Positions 36,901 to 42,900 of a stretch of DNA of 64,000 nt are shown here, piece by piece. The stretch is from contig CAIRNJ010000043.1 of assembly GCA_903879915.1 (NCBI GenBank), positions 15 to 64,014 of the forward strand, written 5' to 3'. Positions within the stretch are counted from its first letter, which is position 1. Every line of letters begins with the position of its first letter. Position numbers and translations under genes: made by a program. Under the pieces are notes generated by a model, which was not told the DNA's origin, ran no database searches, and saw only the letters and a list, made by a program, of their open reading frames with translations. Source of the DNA: an uncultured Elusimicrobia bacterium. GTDB taxonomy: Bacteria; Elusimicrobiota; Elusimicrobia; Elusimicrobiales; UBA9959.

Positions 36901-39900
36901 CCGCCTGGCCGGCCAGTTTTCCGTCCAGCGCCCAGCCTGCAGAGAATGCGTCTGCGGTGGCGGACGAGCGCACTATGCGCACTTCGGCCTTGCCTTTGCC
37001 GCCGGTGGAATACAGCACCGCGAAACCGTCCTCGTCCCTCGCCAGGCTTATTTCATACCTGTTCCCGTCGATGGCGTTGACATAGGAAGAAAGCTGCAGC
37101 GCGTTATTCCAGCCGGGGTAAGGGTCGCCGTTGACGTCGAACCGCTCCCCGAACAGCGCCTGCGCGCCGCCCGTAGAACTGGTCCACACCACGTAAGCGC
37201 CGTTAAGTCCGTCGCTGATGCCTTCCACGTTTCCGCCTTCGTCGCTGCTGGTGGGCGCCGACAGGGTCTTGCTCCACGCCAGCGTTCCGTCCGCCGCTAT
37301 TTTGGAGCCGAACAGCGCCATCCTGCCGCCGTTGCCGCCGGCCCACACGAAGATCAGCGAGCCGGAACCGCCGTCGATGCCGCGGCCTTCGCCTACGGAG
37401 TCGCCGACGGACAGAGCGGTGCCCGTGGCCACGTTAACGCAGTCGCCCGGGGCGGGCCACTGGCACTGGCCGTCGTTGTCGATCTTCTGTACCGCCACCG
37501 CCATGCCGGTGGCCGAAGGATAGCCGAACAGCGCGAAGAGGCCGCCCTGCGCGTTGGCCGTGAATTCCCCGCCCTGGGTGGCGCCGCTGGAGATCTGCAG
37601 GCCGCCGGTCACCCACTGGTGGGCGCCGGACGCGTTATACCGCTGCGCGCGGGCCACGCTGTTGCCGTCGAACCACGCCGCTATCACGCCGCCGGAACCG
37701 TCGGCGGCCGCAAAGAGATCGCCGCTGTCTTTAACCGAACGATAGTAAGGGGTTATAGCCGTGGACCACAGGGGCGTGTTATCTGCGCCCACGCGCGCCA
37801 CGAACACCTGGCGGAGGCCGCCCTCGGCCACCGTGCTGTCGTAGACCATGTACGCGCCGCCCGCGCCGTCAGGCACCATCTTGAACATGCTGGAGCCCTG
37901 GCCGAAGCCTTTAGGCGCCGAAACTATAGGGTATACGGACTGGTCGGCCATGGCGGCGCCGAACTTGAAGGAGGCCCGGGAGTAGACCGCCACTTTCAGG
38001 CTGTCGCCGCCCGTGGGGGTAACGGTTATAAAATACGCGGTCTTCTGCGTGCCGACGGTTTCGCCGGGAACGAAGGTGACGTTCGCGGAGCAGTTCAGCG
38101 CGGCGCTGGAAACAAGCCGGTCGCCGGCGTTCCAGACATCGTTATGGTCCGTATCGTAATACAGCGCGGCGGCGCTGAAGGCGCAGGTGTTCCCGCCGGG
38201 ATTGAGCGCCACGGTCATGCTGGAGAACAGTGTCTCGCCCGAGTCGGTGTAAGGAGTAATGCTGAGCACGGCAGCCTCTTCGCCCTTCATAAAATACTCC
38301 GGAGAAATGTCGGCCGTGGAAAGATACACTACCGGCTCGACAGAACCGCCCAGCGGCTCAAAGCGCACGGTGCGCATGTTATACGAAGAAGGCACCTTAT
38401 CGGCACCAAAGTCAATTCCGGTCACATAGCTGTTGAGCGTGGCGGTATCTACTGCGATACTGGCGGGAACATACCCGGTAGCAAACCTCTGAGTGGCGCT
38501 GGACAGCAAAACCAGGCTGGGGTTGTATTTGAGCACCACCGCATAATTCTCACTGTCGACATCCTGATTTATGCCGAGCGTGTAAACGTTCCCGTAAGTG
38601 TCAAGAGCTATATCACCGCCCTCCGCATAGAAGTGGCGGAACACGGCCGTAGACAATTGCACCAGGTCCGGGGAATACTTTATCGTCAGGATATTCCCGT
38701 CAATTGTATCGGTCGGCGTGCCGTATGAGCCCGCGAAGTAAACTTCGTGCGTGACGGAATTAACGGCCAGCTTTTCGCCGCCCGGATTATCGGCGCCGGC
38801 ATAATCACTTACGTACGCAACGGAGGACAAGAACACCATCGACGAATTATACTTGGCCGTAATGAAATAGGTGGTCTGGCCGATAAGGCTGTCGCCCGTG
38901 ATGTAGATGTTCCCGCTGTCGACCGCTATGCCTTTGCCGCTGCCTGTGCCGCCGGCATTAAAGGCGACCGGCAAGCCCAGCTGATTCAGGTCCGCGTCGT
39001 ACTTCACGAACTTGTAACCTGTCTGGACGTCATTTGCGCCTACGACATAAACGTTGCCGTCAGTATCCAGCGTCAGGTCCCGCGCGTTGGACTCGCCGGG
39101 AAGGACGGCCGCGGAACTGAGTACCAGGTCATGGCTGTATTTCGCGGTAACGAAACCGCCTGCGCTCTTGCCGGCCGCATAGACGCCGTCGGCGTTCACG
39201 ACCACGGCGTTAAAAGACTCCAGTCCGGCCATAACCGCGGAAGACACGATGGTCCCCTCAAGATCGTATTTGAGCACTACGGCGCCGGACGGCGCGGACA
39301 CCCCGGCCGCATACACATTGGAACCGTAGAACGCTGCCCCAAAACCGCCATCCATATCTCCGCCGTCGTAAACCGCGCCGCCGGGCTCGGAGAAGCTGCC
39401 CATGAACGGCTGGGGCGCCGGCTGGCCGCCCAGCGGCTCAAAGCGCACGGTGCGCATGTCGAATTTGGCCTGGTTCTCCCAATTGCCGTCCGAAGCGTAC
39501 AGGCCCGTCATATAGGCGTAACCCGTGGCCGTAGCCAGCGCCACTCCCATCGAGTCATACCCGTAGGGCTGCACGCTGGCCGCACTGGAAAGGAAAACAA
39601 GGCCGGGATCGTATTTCAGCAGCGCGGCATAATCCTCGGCTCCGGAGTTGTACGAACCGGCGATATGGACGTTCCCTTCGGCATCTAGCGCCAGCCCGGT
39701 GGCCTGGGCATACCGCGAGGGGTTGGAGAAATGTCCGATCGCCTGCTGGGCCGCCAGGTCCCGGTCGTATTTAAGCGCCAGGACCGTGTCTTTGGCCGAA
39801 TTGCCGGCAAAATAAACGTCATGGGTGACCGGGTTCACGGCCAGTTTCTCGCCCACCGGGGAGTTCGCGTCCACGGACACCGGCCCGGTATAGGCGATGG

Positions 39901-42900
39901 ACGAGACGAGTACCATCGCGGAAGAGGCGAATTTGGCGGTCACGAAATAAGTAGTGCCGCTCTGCAGGCTGTCGCCGGTGACATAAATGTAACCGTCGTC
40001 ATAAGCGATGCCCTTGCCGCCGTCCACGCCGCCCGCGTCGAAGAGCACGGGCGCGCCCAGCTGGGCCAGGTCCGCGTTGTATTTCACGATCTTGTAGTCG
40101 TTCTGGCCGCCGGGTTCTCCGGCGTTGGAGCCGATCACGTAAACGTTGCCGTAGTTATCCAGCGTCAGATCCCTCGCATGAGTATCTCCGGTAAGGACCG
40201 CCGCGGAGCTGAGCACAAGACTGTGGTCGTATTTCGCGGTCACGAAACCGGTAGAACCCTTGCCCGCCGCGTAGACGCCGTTGTCGTTGACAGCCACGCC
40301 GTCGAACGATTCCAGCCCGGACAGAGTGGCGGAAGACACCATGTTGCCGGCCAGGTCGTATTTGATCACGACAGCGCCGGCAGGCACGGTCATCCCGGCT
40401 ACATATACATTCGCGCCGTAGAGGGCGGCCGCGAACCCAACATCCATATCCCCGCCGTCAAAATTCACGCCGGTACTTTCCGAGAAAGCGCCGGTAAACC
40501 CGTTCTCGGTAGTCGCCGGGAGCATCCGTTTCAGGCCCGGCAGATCGTCGCCGCCTATGCTCATTTTCCAGCCGGCCAGCGCGCCGCCCGTGCCGTCGGG
40601 CGCGATCGCGGAGTTCACGGGCGCCCGGAAAGTCCCGACCATAGAACCGTCCGCGTAGGCGTAATTCCCGGCCTTGTCCATTTTCTGATAGTAAACTTTA
40701 TATGCAGGCGGCTCCCAGGTGCTCCACACAAAATGGTAAGCGGAAGAGGAATAAATAAGAGTGGTAGGGGTCCAGCCAAAACTGCCGATACCGGCGAACT
40801 GCCCGTTCTGCGCCCAGCCGGGCGAAAATTCGGCCGCGGCGGATGACGCACGCACTATGCGTATCGCGTTGTTGCCGGTGGAATAAAGCACCGCGAAGCC
40901 GTCCTCGTCCTTCGCTATCTTCATACTGTACTCGTTCGTCGCCAGATAATCGGAAAGCTGCAAAGGAACGCTCCAGCCGGCGGAAGCGTCGCCGGCAGAA
41001 TCGAACCGCCCGGCAAAAAGCCCCTGCCCTCCGCCCATGGAACTCGTCCACACCAGGTAAACGCCGCCCGCGCCGTCGTTCATTCCTTCGACAGTGGCGC
41101 CCTCGTCGCCGCTGGACTGCGCCAGCAGCTTCTTGTTCCAGGCCAACGTGCCGTCCGCCGCCACTTTCGAGCCGAAAAGCGCCAGCCTGCCGCCGTTGTT
41201 GCCGGGCCAGGCGAACAGCAGGGAGCCGGAGCCGGCGTCTACGCCGCGGGCGTTGCCGTTGAAATCCCCGGTCGGAATAACTGTTCCGGTAGACTCGGTC
41301 ACGCAGTTCCCCGCGGACGGCCACATGCATATTCCGTAATTATTGACTTTCTGTACCGCCACCGTCATACTGTTGCCGGCCGGATAGCCTAACAGCGCGA
41401 AAAAGCCGCCCTCGGAGTTCTCATGGAATTCTCCGCCCAGAACGGCGGAACTGGAGATCTGCCTGCCGCCCGGGTCCCACTGCTCAGAGCCGTCCGGCGT
41501 ATAACGCTGCGCGTAAGCGATACCGTCGCCTTCGAACCACGCGGCGATGACGCCGCCGGCCCCGTCGGAGCCCGCGAAAATATCGCTGCTTTCCCCCGCG
41601 TAATAAGCCGAAGAAACGGCCACCGGGCCCCACAGAGGGGAATTATCGGCGTCCCGGCGCACCGCGAAGATCCTGCGCAGGCCGTCTTCGGCCACGGTGC
41701 TGTCGTAGACCAGATACGCCCCGCCCGCGTTGTCGGGCACCATCTGGAACTGCTTGGACCCGTCCACGCCGCCGCCGAGGCCGCCGCCGGGCGCGCTGCC
41801 GCTCGAGGTCAGGTTGATGCGCCTGGTCACGATATTGTCGGAGCTGGTGCCGGTCACGAAAACATCGGAGGAACTCAGCACCGCCATGGAGTCGCCGGAA
41901 AGCCCGGCGTAGACCGACTTCACGTTAAGGGCGGAGTCCAGACGGTAGGTGTTGGCATAGAACGAGACATAAGGCGTATGCGTATTGAAGTCAACGGCCA
42001 CCGCGCCGAACGCCCAGGCGCCGGGGAGCGTAGTGGAGGATTTGACCGTAAGGTCGACGGAGCTGTATTTCAGGAGCACGCCGTAGGCCACCGGGCCAGA
42101 AGAGGAAGTGCCCAGAACGTAAAGGTCGTTCGTAACGGGGTCGAGCGCCATGCCGCTGGACTGATTGCGTACTCCTCCGGAAAACGTGGTCGACGACTGC
42201 ATGCTCAGCGAATCGCTATATTTATAGGTGACGAAGAGCGGGATGGCGGTCATGGCGACCGATCCCTCCCGGTAGCCCAGGCCGACGAAAATACTGGCAG
42301 GGGTCCCGTCCAGAACGGCAATACTTTCCGAAGTATCAAAATAGCCGGAGGGATTGCGCACGACCACGGAACCCGCCGGGGACAGATCTCCCGTAAATCT
42401 GTACAGCGCGACGCCCGAGGCTCCGGTGTAAACGAGCGCGTACACATACTCCACCCCGCCCGAATAACCTACCGCGATGGCGCCGACGTTAGCGCTGGCC
42501 ACGGTCGCGGACGAGAGCAGGTTCAGGGCCGGATTATACTTCATGATGCGGCCGGCGCCGAAAGCCTGGCCGCTAACGAAAAGGTTCCCGGCCTGGTCCA
42601 CCGCCGCCCCTCCGGCATAATCCATGGCGGGCGTGCTCACGGCGGCCGAAGCCAGCTTCACGCCCATCATGTTGTACTTTATGACCGCCCAATCGTAACC
42701 GCCGGCGCCCTGGGAAGAAGAACCGACTACATAAAGGAAAGGCCCGCCGCCCGCGGTATGCGTGTCTATAACGACTTTTTTTACGCGGTCCGAACTGCCG
42801 CCGTCGTAAACCGCGCCGCCCGGCTGGGAGAAGTCGCCGGTGAACGAGGCTTGGGCAAGGGCCGTTCCGGAGGAGCCGGCGGCGAAAAGCGCCGCCCAGA

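Noticed and set aside
32580-38330. Diversity-generating retroelement (template/variable repeat pair)
   Set aside because: Both copies are kilobase-long and coding, the inspected differences are not adenine-specific, and there is no reverse transcriptase in the window.
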